The position numbers were made by a program, and so were the translations under genes. Shown piece by piece: positions 11,061-19,467 of a stretch of 27,542 bases of DNA. The stretch lies in UHGV virus genome UHGV-0297460; one strand, 5' to 3'. The DNA is from a virus. Below the pieces are notes generated by a model. The model made no database searches. It was not told where the DNA came from and saw only the letters and a list, made by a program, of their open reading frames with translations. Each line of letters starts with the position of its first letter. Position 1 is the stretch's first letter.

Positions 11061-11603
11061 TTAATTGGTGAGTCCGGGGATTACGGTTTGCCCGTGCTGT
11101 TCAAGGCGTTCAATTCTCGCCAGTAGCTGAGGCTTCTTAATTTTTCCCCAGCGATTAAGCAGGCGGCCTGACATGCTGGCAACATCCTTCTCTTTCATGT
11201 ACTCCAGCATTACGGCATTTCTCTCTTCTTCAAATTGACGATGACCAACCTGAAGCATGGCGTACATCCAGTTGAATGCGTTGATGTAAGCAATTTTGAT
11301 ACGCATTGCTTCTTTTTTGGTGTAGGACATAACCAAAAGCATCAACCCATCCTTGCGGAGACGGTAGAATTTTTGCGGCTTACCATTCTGTAACTCATTG
11401 TTTTTATAGCAAAGCTCAAAGTTGAGCTTTGTATCAAACTCAGGAGGGCAAGCTTCTATGGTTCGTTCAATGTCACGAACCACGTTCTTCGGCAGCTTTC
11501 CAAATGCTTTTGCCACCATAAAAGAATCTGTAACCGGATCGTTGTTTGCTACAAAAATTAGGTCTCTGAAATCTATATCGTTAACAACGGTTGGGTAGTT
11601 CAT
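11061..11603 (-). CDS. rha: Rha-family phage regulatory protein
   Basis: Internal start MNYPTVVNDIDF...; motif FYRLRKDGLMLLVMSYTKKEAMRIKIAYINAFNWM fits Rha family; location between lysis genes and terminase. Confidence 0.6.
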   Translation of the reverse strand: MNYPTVVNDIDFRDLIFVANNDPVTDSFMVAKAFGKLPKNVVRDIERTIEACPPEFDTKLNFELCYKNNELQNGKPQKFYRLRKDGLMLLVMSYTKKEAMRIKIAYINAFNWMYAMLQVGHRQFEEERNAVMLEYMKEKDVASMSGRLLNRWGKIKKPQLLARIERLEQHGQTVIPGLTN

Positions 11604-11748
11604 TGCGTCTTTACCTTTTAGAAAGATGAGCCTGTTCGCACAGAAAAGCCGCCCCGAGATGGTCGCCACCATATACGGCAGTTCTCAGGCTCAGCTTTCT
11701 GAAAGACTCGGGATTGTTACGCGCTGCGATGCGCGGTTTACTGCAGAT

Positions 11749-11774
11749 ATAAAAAAGCCCCGCGAATGCGAGGC
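11749..11774 (-). terminator. Rho-independent terminator downstream of Rz
   Basis: Minus-strand GCCUCGC-AUUC-GCGGGGC hairpin followed by UUUUUUAUAU. Confidence 0.55.
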
Positions 11775-11948
11775 TAAATCCTGGTATTTGTAATGACTGG
11801 CTCTTATCTCAACGCAGCCCCTTACCGCGCGCCAGATGCTCAATATCAAGCATCAGCAATGAGATGTTTAATCTGGATTCACTCCAGAAGTGATCACCAC
11901 CCTGTCTACAGAGCCAGATGTGAAGGATGATGAGTAAAATTATCGCTA

Positions 11949-12386
11949 TCATCGAAGGCATTGCGTCCTGATGTACTCCTGCAGGTAGTTAACCTGCGCG
12001 GTTATCCTGTCGATTCCACTTCGGAGACGGTAATAATTGAGTTCAGCATCTGCTGTAAGTCTTGGGTTTTCTCCATCGCCCATGCTGCTGGCTCCGGTCG
12101 TTGACTTTGCACAGGTGGCGGCGACTTGCAGGCGCTTACGCCCAGCAGAAACATCAGCACGGAGACTTTCGATAGTCGCGTTAGCATCAGCAAGCTCCTT
12201 TGTGTATCTTGCGTCGAGTTCTGCTACATCACGTTGACGCTTCCGCATATCAGCGATGATGGATGTGGCTTTATCGCGCTGCTCTTTGTAGGCGATTGCA
12301 TTATCACGGTAATGATTAACAGCCCATGACAGGCAGACGATGATGCAAATAATCAGAGCGGAGATAATCGCGGTGACTCTGCTCAT
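11949..12386 (-). CDS. Rz: Spanin inner-membrane subunit Rz (i-spanin)
   Basis: 145 aa; N-terminal TM segment, coiled-coil; start overlaps endolysin stop; lambda Rz-like. Confidence 0.85.
   Translation of the reverse strand: MSRVTAIISALIICIIVCLSWAVNHYRDNAIAYKEQRDKATSIIADMRKRQRDVAELDARYTKELADANATIESLRADVSAGRKRLQVAATCAKSTTGASSMGDGENPRLTADAELNYYRLRSGIDRITAQVNYLQEYIRTQCLR
12002..12193 (-). CDS. Rz1: Spanin outer-membrane lipoprotein Rz1 (o-spanin), embedded in Rz in a different frame
   Basis: 63 aa ORF wholly inside Rz; signal peptide with lipobox ...LLGVSAC, proline-rich [13 protein letters not shown]. Confidence 0.75.
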   Translation of the reverse strand: MLMLTRLSKVSVLMFLLGVSACKSPPPVQSQRPEPAAWAMEKTQDLQQMLNSIITVSEVESTG

Positions 12387-12859
12387 ACCTCAATCTCTCT
12401 GACCGTTCCGCCAGCCTCTTTGAATTTTGCAATCAGGTTGTCAGCCTTATGCTCGAACTGACCATAACCAGCGCCCGGCAGTGAAGCCCAGATATTGCTG
12501 CAACGGTCGATTGCCTGACGAATATCACCGCGGTCAATCATCGGTAAAGCGCCACGCTCTTTAATCTGCTGCAATGCCACAGCGTCCTGACTTTTCGGAG
12601 AGAAGTCTTTCAGACCAAGCTGCTTACGGTAGGCATCCCACCAACGGGAAAGAAGCTGGTAGCGTCCGGCGGCTGTTGATTTGAGTTTTGGGTTTAGCGT
12701 GACAAGCTTGCGAGGGTGATCGGAGTAATCAGTAAATAGCTCTCCGCCTACAATGACGTCATAACCATGATTTCTGGTTTTCTGCCGTCCGTTATCAGTT
12801 CCCTCTGACCACGCCAGCATATCGAGGAACGCCTTACGTTGATTATTGATTTCCACCAT
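12383..12859 (-). CDS. R: Endolysin, lambda R-type lytic transglycosylase
   Basis: 158 aa, [51 protein letters not shown]... essentially lambda R as recalled. Confidence 0.95.
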   Translation of the reverse strand: MVEINNQRKAFLDMLAWSEGTDNGRQKTRNHGYDVIVGGELFTDYSDHPRKLVTLNPKLKSTAAGRYQLLSRWWDAYRKQLGLKDFSPKSQDAVALQQIKERGALPMIDRGDIRQAIDRCSNIWASLPGAGYGQFEHKADNLIAKFKEAGGTVREIEV

Positions 12860-13166
12860 CTTCTACTCCGGCTTTTTTAGCAGCGAAGCGTTTGATAAGC
12901 GAACCAATCGAGTCAGTACCGATGTAGCCGATGAACACGCTCGTTATATAAGCGAGATTGCTACTTAGTCCGGCGAAGTCGAGAAGGTCACGAATGAACC
13001 AGGCGATAATGGCGCACATCGTTGCGTCGATTACTGTTTTTGTAAACGCACCGCCATTATATCTGCCGCGAAGGTACGCCATTGCAAACGCAAGGATTGC
13101 CCCGATGCCTTGTTCCTTTGCCGCGAGAATGGCGGCTAACAGGTCATGTTTTTCTGGCATCTTCAT
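12843..13166 (-). CDS. S: Holin/antiholin, lambda S-type (S107/S105 dual start)
   Basis: 107 aa, [36 protein letters not shown]... essentially lambda S; Met1-Lys2-Met3 dual-start motif present. Confidence 0.95.
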   Translation of the reverse strand: MKMPEKHDLLAAILAAKEQGIGAILAFAMAYLRGRYNGGAFTKTVIDATMCAIIAWFIRDLLDFAGLSSNLAYITSVFIGYIGTDSIGSLIKRFAAKKAGVEDGGNQ

Positions 13167-13762
13167 GTCTTACCCCCAATAAGGGGATTTGCTCTATTTA
13201 ATTAGGAATAAGGTCGATTACTGATAGAACAAATCCAGGCTACTGTGTTTAGTAATCAGATTTGTTCGTGACCGATATGCACGGGCAAAACGGCATGAGG
13301 TTGTTAGCGCAACCTCATGCCACCCGCTTTCACGAAGGTCATGTGTAGAAGGCCGCAGCATAACTATCACTGATGAATTCAGGATAGCCAGTGGCTACGG
13401 CTCAGGTTGGGTTGTGGCGGTCGGTGCTGAACTCCGACTTAATGACGATAGGCGTGTACCGACGCCTCGTTTTACTTCCTCCGCTTTCACGGCTTCACCC
13501 TAGACCAGCTTTACGAAATCCTCGTAAACCTAACCGCGGCAGATATGACCGGCACGGTGTGCCATATCACGGACCGGCGGGTGTCTCGTTCACCTGATTA
13601 ACGCATCAGCCTGCGTATTCACCACAACGATAAGAGTACTGCGCGGCACCTTTCACCAATTCCGCGAGGTCTGCGGGTTCAATGCTCTTACCTGTTGTGC
13701 AAACAAAAAAGCCACCGTTGCAACTTAAGAGTCACTAACGGCAGCTTACCTTCTAATTATGG

Positions 13763-14281
13763 CTAAATGGATAATTGCATGTCAAGGTTTTTAACAGCAA
13801 CATGCTTAACTTTCTCAACACGTTTACGCATTTTGAAAGCATTTTGCATTGGCTGGTATAAAACAAATAATGACGCTTTCAGGATGTCGTCAATTTCGTT
13901 TCTACAGGTTGCCAGTGAAGGTTTTCTCCATCCCTCGCCACCACGTCCACACATCTTGCGTGGCTTTGCAGTCGCGTGATAGTAGGATGCAATTGCTCGC
14001 TTAGATGAACCATGAGCGTAGTAGCTGAGGAGGATGCCAAAGGCTTTCTTGTCAATGTACATGACGGAATCAACGACCTGAGAAATCAACATTCCATCAT
14101 CATCATTACACATTGGCCTTGTCATAATTCTTCCCGGCTCTACGCTCTCCATGAACTTCGCTATTACGCTGCTCATGCGCTTTTCCAGACGACCTGAATA
14201 AACCCATGCGCCCCACAGTTCAAGCCAGCCATTCAGCCACTCGTGCTGCTCTTTGGTGAGGTTTAGTTCTCTTATGCTCAT
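13763..14281 (-). CDS. Putative late-gene antiterminator (Q-like), non-lambda allele
   Basis: 172 aa ORF immediately downstream of ninH and about 600 bp upstream of S, the canonical Q position; sequence is not lambda Q; family not confirmed. Confidence 0.55.
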   Translation of the reverse strand: MSIRELNLTKEQHEWLNGWLELWGAWVYSGRLEKRMSSVIAKFMESVEPGRIMTRPMCNDDDGMLISQVVDSVMYIDKKAFGILLSYYAHGSSKRAIASYYHATAKPRKMCGRGGEGWRKPSLATCRNEIDDILKASLFVLYQPMQNAFKMRKRVEKVKHVAVKNLDMQLSI

Positions 14282-14466
14282 CGTCTTCCCCTCTTGCCTT
14301 GTTTGACCATCAGGACGCCGTTAACTATTACGTGACGCTCGCCTTTGCTGTCTCGGTTGTACTTGAGCACTGTTCCTCTTGCGCAGGAAAGCATCCTCGC
14401 CACTTCGGTCTGATTGCCTCGTGTCTGGATAAGAAGCTCTGGTATCGTTTGAATTGTGGCGTTCAT
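14278..14466 (-). CDS. ninH: NinH-like protein
   Basis: 62 aa, ...GNQTEVARMLSCARGTVLKYNRDSKGERHVIVNGVLMV... closely resembles lambda NinH. Confidence 0.8.
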   Translation of the reverse strand: MNATIQTIPELLIQTRGNQTEVARMLSCARGTVLKYNRDSKGERHVIVNGVLMVKQGKRGRR

Positions 14467-14825
14467 GCGTTCTCCAGTTCGGTGATTTTTATTCCAAGCC
14501 GTCCGCCTGGTACTTTCACACCACGAATTACGCGAATGTCATCGAATTGCTCGTCGTCTTCCGCAAATCCGGCGTGGATAAGGGAGTCGAGTAAACCTTT
14601 CAGGATGTTGTCGAGGTCGCGGCGGCGGGAGTCTGGAACGTCTGCGATGACTTTGATACGGAGTCGTGATTTGGTGAAAATGTCTAACTTGAGTTGGCGG
14701 ATGATTTGCTGAACGTCTTTTCGGTATTTCTGGCCTTTATCGCTTATGTAATATTGGCTTCCCCGTCTTCGCCAGTAGGTATTCACCGACGGCGGGTATG
14801 GAAGCACAAACTGATATTCGTTCAT
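14463..14825 (-). CDS. rusA: RusA-family Holliday junction resolvase
   Basis: 120 aa, ...VLPYPPSVNTYWRRRG...DVPDSRRRDLDNILKGLLDSL...GGRLGIKITE matches RusA motifs (RRDLDN, catalytic Asp residues). Confidence 0.85.
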   Translation of the reverse strand: MNEYQFVLPYPPSVNTYWRRRGSQYYISDKGQKYRKDVQQIIRQLKLDIFTKSRLRIKVIADVPDSRRRDLDNILKGLLDSLIHAGFAEDDEQFDDIRVIRGVKVPGGRLGIKITELENA

Positions 14826-15112
14826 GACTTAATCTTCCCCTCCCTCAGCAGTATCGCCTGCGTTCTGATCACGCCTTCGAGGTGGTAAAGTCTGGCGTCT
14901 TTGTTGTCGAGATTATGGGTGCGTCGGTCGATTTCATCGTGACACGCACTACAAGCCCATGCACCGATCAGGTCGTCAGGCTTCATTCCCGTTCCGCAAA
15001 TTCCAGCCATCCGGTAATGTGCCAGAACTGTAGTTTCAGGGTTGCCATTGCATACGCCGTAAATACGTACCTGACATTCTCTTCCGCGCGCTTCTTTGCG
15101 TAGGTTAGCCAT
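14822..15112 (-). CDS. DUF1364-family protein (DLP12 YbcO-like, putative nuclease)
   Basis: 96 aa, MANLRKEARGRECQVRIYGVCNGNPETTVLAH...ACSACHDEIDRR resembles E. coli YbcO; adjacent to rusA as in DLP12. Confidence 0.7.
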   Translation of the reverse strand: MANLRKEARGRECQVRIYGVCNGNPETTVLAHYRMAGICGTGMKPDDLIGAWACSACHDEIDRRTHNLDNKDARLYHLEGVIRTQAILLREGKIKS

Positions 15113-15834
15113 TAAGCAGCCTCCCCTGTTACTTTCAGCATTCCGTTATCGAGCAGCTTTCTGGTCAGCCACTGTTGACCACGCCCGGTGATTTTTGTGG
15201 TGAACGATATCTGTATTCCGTGATTTGTGTTGACCGCTGTTTCTTTCACTGTGAAATAGCCGCGATCCATATATTCCTGCATTGGCACATTGCGCCGGGA
15301 ACCTGAAGCAATAAGGATTTTGTGATCACGCATCCACGCAAACAGTTTGTTTTGACCAATACCAACAACCTTTGCAAAGTTTCCAATCAAAATTCCGCTG
15401 GCCTCGCCAACGCGATCGGCAAACTCAACTTTAGGTGCGACAATTGCGAGCTGGTTTTCCAGTTGCATTTTCTGCTCAGCAAGATCGGCAGCAAGGCGCA
15501 ACGCTTCCGGTAGCGTTTTGGGGATATTAACCGCAGCTTCTTCAAGCTCTCGCCAGCGGTCAACAAGGCGAGCGGTGAACTCTGGCGACAACTGGGCAAC
15601 AACGACAATACTGTCTCGCTTACCTTGTTCGCCCTCGAAGACGTAATGCTCGTACTGAACATTGAACCCTAAGTTATTGATTCTTTCGGAAACCTCAATT
15701 TGAGGAAGCCGGATAACACCATTTTTAGCCAGCGTTTCGATGGTACGTTTCACATTGTCATGACGCTTACCAACCAACTCAGCAATTTCAATGCTTGTCA
15801 TTTTGATGGCATTGCCATTCATTAACTCATTCAT
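15112..15834 (-). CDS. Antirepressor-like protein (Rha-like N-terminal region, KilA-C/ANT-type C-terminal domain)
   Basis: 240 aa; N-terminal IEIAELVGKRHDNVKRTIETL motif; C-terminal ...NKLFAWMRDHKILIASGSRRNVPMQEYMDRGYF typical of ANT/KilAC; domain call by memory only. Confidence 0.55.
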   Translation of the reverse strand: MNELMNGNAIKMTSIEIAELVGKRHDNVKRTIETLAKNGVIRLPQIEVSERINNLGFNVQYEHYVFEGEQGKRDSIVVVAQLSPEFTARLVDRWRELEEAAVNIPKTLPEALRLAADLAEQKMQLENQLAIVAPKVEFADRVGEASGILIGNFAKVVGIGQNKLFAWMRDHKILIASGSRRNVPMQEYMDRGYFTVKETAVNTNHGIQISFTTKITGRGQQWLTRKLLDNGMLKVTGEAA

Positions 15835-16003
15835 CGTCTTCTTCCTCGTACATTGAGCTATTCGGATCGCTCATCAGTTCTGCGCAGCAATCGGAGCACA
15901 CGTGAACTTCAAGCACATGCAGCTTCTGACCGCAGTTAGCGCACGTTAATGCCCGCTCGACGCTTTCTTTCTGGTATTGAAGGGATTGGGATGGGCTAAG
16001 CAT
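15827..16003 (-). CDS. Small Cys-rich (zinc-ribbon-like) nin-region protein, 58 aa, NinF-like position
   Basis: Own translation MLSPSQSLQYQKESVERALTCANCGQKLHVLEVHVCSDCCAELMSDPNSSMYEEEDDE; below the 60 aa track cutoff; stop overlaps next start (ATGAATGA). Confidence 0.5.
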   Translation of the reverse strand: MLSPSQSLQYQKESVERALTCANCGQKLHVLEVHVCSDCCAELMSDPNSSMYEEEDDE

Positions 16004-16169
16004 TATTGGCGTCCTGCATCATGAGAAATACAATCATGGCGGCGCGGAGTGGAGATTCACCGCAGAAGTAGTAGCCAGGAATATTTTCCCATTCCCAACA
16101 ACCTTCCTCTAAATCACCTCCTGACCATGCGCACCATTCTTTTTCCGCTGTCATCCACATAGTGCTGAT

Positions 16170-16283
16170 TTTGCTTTCAGTGATAATTGGCCACGCGTAT
16201 TCAGGATTATTGCAAGGATTGAAGCAATTTCCGTTTGAAGAACGGAAGCCATTAATATCCCTTTTTTGCGTCTGCCAAATAGG
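16170..16283. repeat. 114 bp inverted-repeat arm X (perfect reverse complement of 16581-16694)
   Basis: Base-by-base comparison of reverse complement; identity stops at both flanks. Confidence 0.9.
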
Positions 16284-16350
16284 ACGAAGTATCACCGACA
16301 TCATCTGCGAAAACTGCAAATACCTTCCAACGAAACGCACCAGAAATAAA
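16284..16350. repeat. 67 bp inverted-repeat arm Y (perfect reverse complement of 16695-16761)
   Basis: Base-by-base comparison; abuts arm X but in the order X-Y at both loci, not the Y-X expected of a simple inverted duplication. Confidence 0.9.
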
Positions 16351-16580
16351 CGCAAGCCAATCCCAAAAGAATCTGACGTAAAAACCTTCAACTACACGGC
16401 TCACCTGTGGGATATCCGGTTGCTAAGACATCGTGCGAGGAAATGACAATGGATTATTCACAGTTAAGTGATTTTGAAATTAACAGACGAGTATGTGAGG
16501 CTTTAGATATGGAGGAGCATTTCTTCATACCTGATGACGAAGCAGACTTCGATTCTGAGATCCCCACTGACGAAAGAGGT

Positions 16581-16694
16581 CCTATTTGGCAGACGCAAAA
16601 AAGGGATATTAATGGCTTCCGTTCTTCAAACGGAAATTGCTTCAATCCTTGCAATAATCCTGAATACGCGTGGCCAATTATCACTGAAAGCAAA
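16581..16694. repeat. 114 bp inverted-repeat arm X' (partner of 16170-16283)
   Basis: Perfect reverse-complement identity. Confidence 0.9.
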
Positions 16695-16761
16695 TTTATT
16701 TCTGGTGCGTTTCGTTGGAAGGTATTTGCAGTTTTCGCAGATGATGTCGGTGATACTTCGT
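16695..16761. repeat. 67 bp inverted-repeat arm Y' (partner of 16284-16350)
   Basis: Perfect reverse-complement identity. Confidence 0.9.
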
Positions 16762-16771
16762 CGCTGTCGCC

Positions 16772-17182
16772 TCATTCGTACCTCCTGTCGGTAAATCTGA
16801 CACCCTGACCAATAGCCCATGCTGTTGTGTACTCGATCAGACTTGCCATACGCTTCACACTCATCTGCGCGCTGCTTTCGCGAATGTTGACGTATTCGCC
16901 TTCAAGCCCGGGCAAAACATCAGCTTCCTGTTTTGTTGCCACTGCATGACCGCTGATCAACAAAACCTTCCATTGTTCTGGTTTTAACCATTTATCGCGC
17001 CACTGAACTTGCCTAGCGATATCTGCGACCATCGCGTGAAATTTTGCGTTCTGGTCAAGGTTGCGCTTGTAGTCAGTAATGCGGATGGTGACTGGCTTGT
17101 CTTTATCGAGTGGTGTTGCGAGGATGGCATTTATTGCAGCTTGCTGTTGTTGCTTAGTTCGGAGGAATATTGTTTGCTTCAC
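16772..17182 (-). CDS. ninB: NinB (Orf-family recombination mediator)
   Basis: 136 aa with GTG start and AAGGAG SD; ...[32 protein letters not shown]... parallels lambda NinB ...RNRSLDQNRKLWACLGDVSRQVEWHGRWL. Confidence 0.8.
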   Translation of the reverse strand: MKQTIFLRTKQQQQAAINAILATPLDKDKPVTIRITDYKRNLDQNAKFHAMVADIARQVQWRDKWLKPEQWKVLLISGHAVATKQEADVLPGLEGEYVNIRESSAQMSVKRMASLIEYTTAWAIGQGVRFTDRRYE

Positions 17183-17193
17183 TGAATACTCCT

Positions 17194-17385
17194 TTATTTT
17201 TTATGCCTGTAACCCCATTCTTCCAGCAACCTTGCGGCGTACCACCCAAGAAACAAAGGAAAGAACATTACAATGAGATATTTCCCGCCACGGTCAATGT
17301 TCGAAATTGACCAGATTACGATGTAACCAGTGCAGGACAGGAATATTACAAACCCCAAAAAGCTACTTCGTCGACTCATGCTCAC
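17194..17385 (-). CDS. Small hydrophobic protein (63 aa), predicted membrane
   Basis: Two hydrophobic stretches; start overlaps upstream stop (ATGA). Confidence 0.45.
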   Translation of the reverse strand: MSMSRRSSFLGFVIFLSCTGYIVIWSISNIDRGGKYLIVMFFPLFLGWYAARLLEEWGYRHKK

Positions 17386-17696
17386 TCCTTCACTTTGATT
17401 CCAGCGGCGCGGATAGCCTCTACATCGCTTTCGTATTGCGATTCTGCACCTGAGTCATAGCCAATGTGATAATCACCGGGAAGTGGGCCTTTCTTTGGCT
17501 TTTGCAGCTCAATTTCAATAGCTGCTCTCGATGCCTGCCACGTTTGCCAGTGGCCTTGAACATCGTCCATCACGTATTGACCACCAATATCACCACTGCC
17601 AATTTCATGGTGATTTTCAGGGTAACGGATAAGGTCTGAAGATTCGCCCCCCACGTCGTAACCAACTCTCTTCAAACTGGCATCTGCTTTCGTCAT
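17382..17696 (-). CDS. Hypothetical protein (104 aa; start uncertain, may begin at internal Met near 17570)
   Basis: ORF coupled to downstream gene; 5' 80 nt overlap the upstream Cys-rich ORF in another frame. Confidence 0.4.
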   Translation of the reverse strand: MTKADASLKRVGYDVGGESSDLIRYPENHHEIGSGDIGGQYVMDDVQGHWQTWQASRAAIEIELQKPKKGPLPGDYHIGYDSGAESQYESDVEAIRAAGIKVKE

Positions 17697-17799
17697 CTTT
17701 CATAAGGCAGTCACATTCAATAAAAATCGGCTCTCCCCAAGGAGTAGAACCTCCGCTATCACACATTCCTGTGTTATTGCACTTTTGGCACTTGCTCAC
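17617..17799 (-). CDS. Small Cys-rich protein (60 aa, GTG start)
   Basis: GGAGG SD 5 nt upstream of GTG; CxxC...C...C.C pattern (MSKCQKCNNTGMCDSGG...IECDC). Confidence 0.4.
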   Translation of the reverse strand: MSKCQKCNNTGMCDSGGSTPWGEPIFIECDCLMKDDESRCQFEESWLRRGGRIFRPYPLP

Positions 17800-17811
17800 A
17801 TTAACCTCCGA

Positions 17812-18018
17812 TTAACTCACAAAACGCCACGCCACTTTTGCTACGACAACAGGCATAACACCGATAATCACCCACAGAAAAATGCTACCGAAAAGCACAC
17901 CAACCAGGTCTTTACCTTCGCCTACCAACCGGACAAAACTGCTGGCAACCACAATGAACGTCGCCACCATCCACATAGCACCGAGAATCCTCAATGCAGA
18001 AAAAATCAACTCAACCAC
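17812..18018 (-). CDS. Small membrane protein (68 aa)
   Basis: Two predicted TM helices; first ORF downstream of the tR2-like terminator. Confidence 0.45.
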   Translation of the reverse strand: MVELIFSALRILGAMWMVATFIVVASSFVRLVGEGKDLVGVLFGSIFLWVIIGVMPVVVAKVAWRFVS

Positions 18019-18033
18019 GATTTACCCTCCCCC

Positions 18034-18065
18034 AAATAAAAAGGCCTGCGATTACCAGCAGGCCT
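18034..18065 (-). terminator. Rho-independent terminator between helicase gene and nin region (lambda tR2 position)
   Basis: Minus-strand AGGCCTGC-tggtaatc-GCAGGCCT hairpin followed by TTTTTATTT. Confidence 0.7.
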
Positions 18066-18090
18066 GTTACAAGCTCAGTGATGTAGATGG

Positions 18091-19467
18091 TCATACGTCA
18101 GCCCCTTGTGCATATCGTCTGCCACGCGCAGCAGGTGCATTTGATGCTGTGCAAATCTGTCTGGCTTCATCCTGGTCACATGCAACAAAGTGTCCGTTGC
18201 AGAACCGCTGGTAAACCGTACCAAGTGAGCCAAAACGGTTTTTCGTCACGATGATTTCAGCAAATGGCGCGGCGCTACTGTTCTCGTCATATACCGCTTC
18301 CCGATAGAGCATGATGATTGAGTCTGCGTCCTGTTCAATGCTTCCTGAATCACGCAAATCTGCGTTTGTCGGGCGTTTGTTTGGTCGCTTCTCAACATCG
18401 CGTGAAAGCTGACTCAGGGAAATAACCGGTGTTTTCAGGTCTTTCGCCATCGCCTTCAGGCTTCCGGAGATGTGAGCAATTGCGAGGTCGTTGCGGTCTG
18501 CTTTCGGCTTCTCAATCAGGCCAAGATAATCCGCCATGATGAGTGAGAGGTTTGGATTTTCCTGTTTGTGCCGTTCTGCGATTGAGCGTATTTCTTCGAC
18601 CGATAATCGCGAGGCATCGACTACCCATACATCCAAATCTGCAAGCTGACTCATGCCGTTAGCAACACGTGCCCAGCCCTCGTCATCCATCGATGCAGGA
18701 TTTCGCAGTACGCTAACCGACATCCTCCCGGCGTTGGCAATGCTTCGCTCTGCAATCTGCAATGCGCTCATTTCCATTGAGAAAATCAATACCCCGCGCC
18801 GGACGTCAGAACCAGGAATAACGCGGCTTGCAACGCCTTCGGCAATCTTCAGCGCCAGTTCGGTTTTCCCCATACCAGGACGAGCAGCGATTATCACCAG
18901 GTCTTCCGCGTTCATCCCTCCGGTGATGGCATCAAGTTCTTCGATTCCGGTCTTCAGGGTATCGGACTCTTCTCCGTTCCTCAGACGCCTGTCAAGCGTG
19001 TCAGTGTAGTCGGTGATGATTTCCCCTAACCGTACAGGTTTAACCTCGTCACGGGGCTTTCTGATGGCTGAGAGACGTTTTACAAGTTCATCCATCGCCT
19101 GACTCAATGCGTCGATGGTTCCGCTTTGGATTGGTTCACGCATTTCATCCATGATTTCCAGCACCAGACGGCGGTGATAGTTATCCGCGACCATTCCGGC
19201 ATATCCCTTCAGGTTTGCGGCGCTCGGGCAGTTTTTGCTGGTCATCAGGATTGACGTGAAATGCTCCTCTCCGCACGCCTCGGCAACCATCAGCGCGTCG
19301 ATTAGGTTTCTGTTTCTCGCCTGCTTCCGGATAACCTCGAAGGCTTTCCGGTAGAGCGGAATTGAAAACGCTTCCGGCTCCAGCGTTGCAAGAACGTCAC
19401 TGGCGGTTGGAGTTAATCCACCAATCAGCAGGCCACCGATAACGCTCGCTTCGATATCCTGTCTCAT
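18091..19467 (-). CDS. Replicative DNA helicase, DnaB family (P22 gene 12 position)
   Basis: 458 aa; Walker [16 protein letters not shown], Walker B/H4 motifs ...[10 protein letters not shown]..., DnaB-like N-terminal domain. Confidence 0.9.
   Translation of the reverse strand: MRQDIEASVIGGLLIGGLTPTASDVLATLEPEAFSIPLYRKAFEVIRKQARNRNLIDALMVAEACGEEHFTSILMTSKNCPSAANLKGYAGMVADNYHRRLVLEIMDEMREPIQSGTIDALSQAMDELVKRLSAIRKPRDEVKPVRLGEIITDYTDTLDRRLRNGEESDTLKTGIEELDAITGGMNAEDLVIIAARPGMGKTELALKIAEGVASRVIPGSDVRRGVLIFSMEMSALQIAERSIANAGRMSVSVLRNPASMDDEGWARVANGMSQLADLDVWVVDASRLSVEEIRSIAERHKQENPNLSLIMADYLGLIEKPKADRNDLAIAHISGSLKAMAKDLKTPVISLSQLSRDVEKRPNKRPTNADLRDSGSIEQDADSIIMLYREAVYDENSSAAPFAEIIVTKNRFGSLGTVYQRFCNGHFVACDQDEARQICTASNAPAARGRRYAQGADV

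Larger units (their letters stand above)
15996..16391 (-). pseudogene. C-terminal half of a small nin-region gene (NinX/DUF2591-like, tentative) fused to repeat-derived sequence; apparently disrupted by inversion
   Basis: 131 aa ORF with TTG start; C-terminus ...GESPLRAAMIVFLMMQDANNA overlaps the downstream gene start; its middle 38 aa lie on the 114 bp inverted repeat; first 36 aa derive from the 67 bp repeat. Confidence 0.45.
16449..16808 (+). pseudogene. N-terminal half of the same nin-region gene on the opposite strand (MDYSQLSDFEINRRV...), reading through repeat copies
   Basis: GAGGAA Shine-Dalgarno 6 nt before ATG 16449; 44 aa unique N-terminus then the repeat-encoded PIWQTQKRD...ITESK; only plus-strand gene inside a minus-strand operon; 3' end runs antisense into ninB. 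Confidence 0.4.

Noticed and set aside
13167-13762. tRNA gene(s) between the Q-like gene and S, as in some Stx phages
   Set aside because: No convincing cloverleaf or T-loop (GTTCRANYC) motif was found by eye; this cannot be excluded without a tRNA scanner.
16170-16761. Diversity-generating retroelement (template/variable repeat pair) as explanation for the identical repeats
   Set aside because: The repeats are perfectly identical with no adenine-specific differences, they are inverted rather than direct, and no reverse transcriptase gene is in the window.
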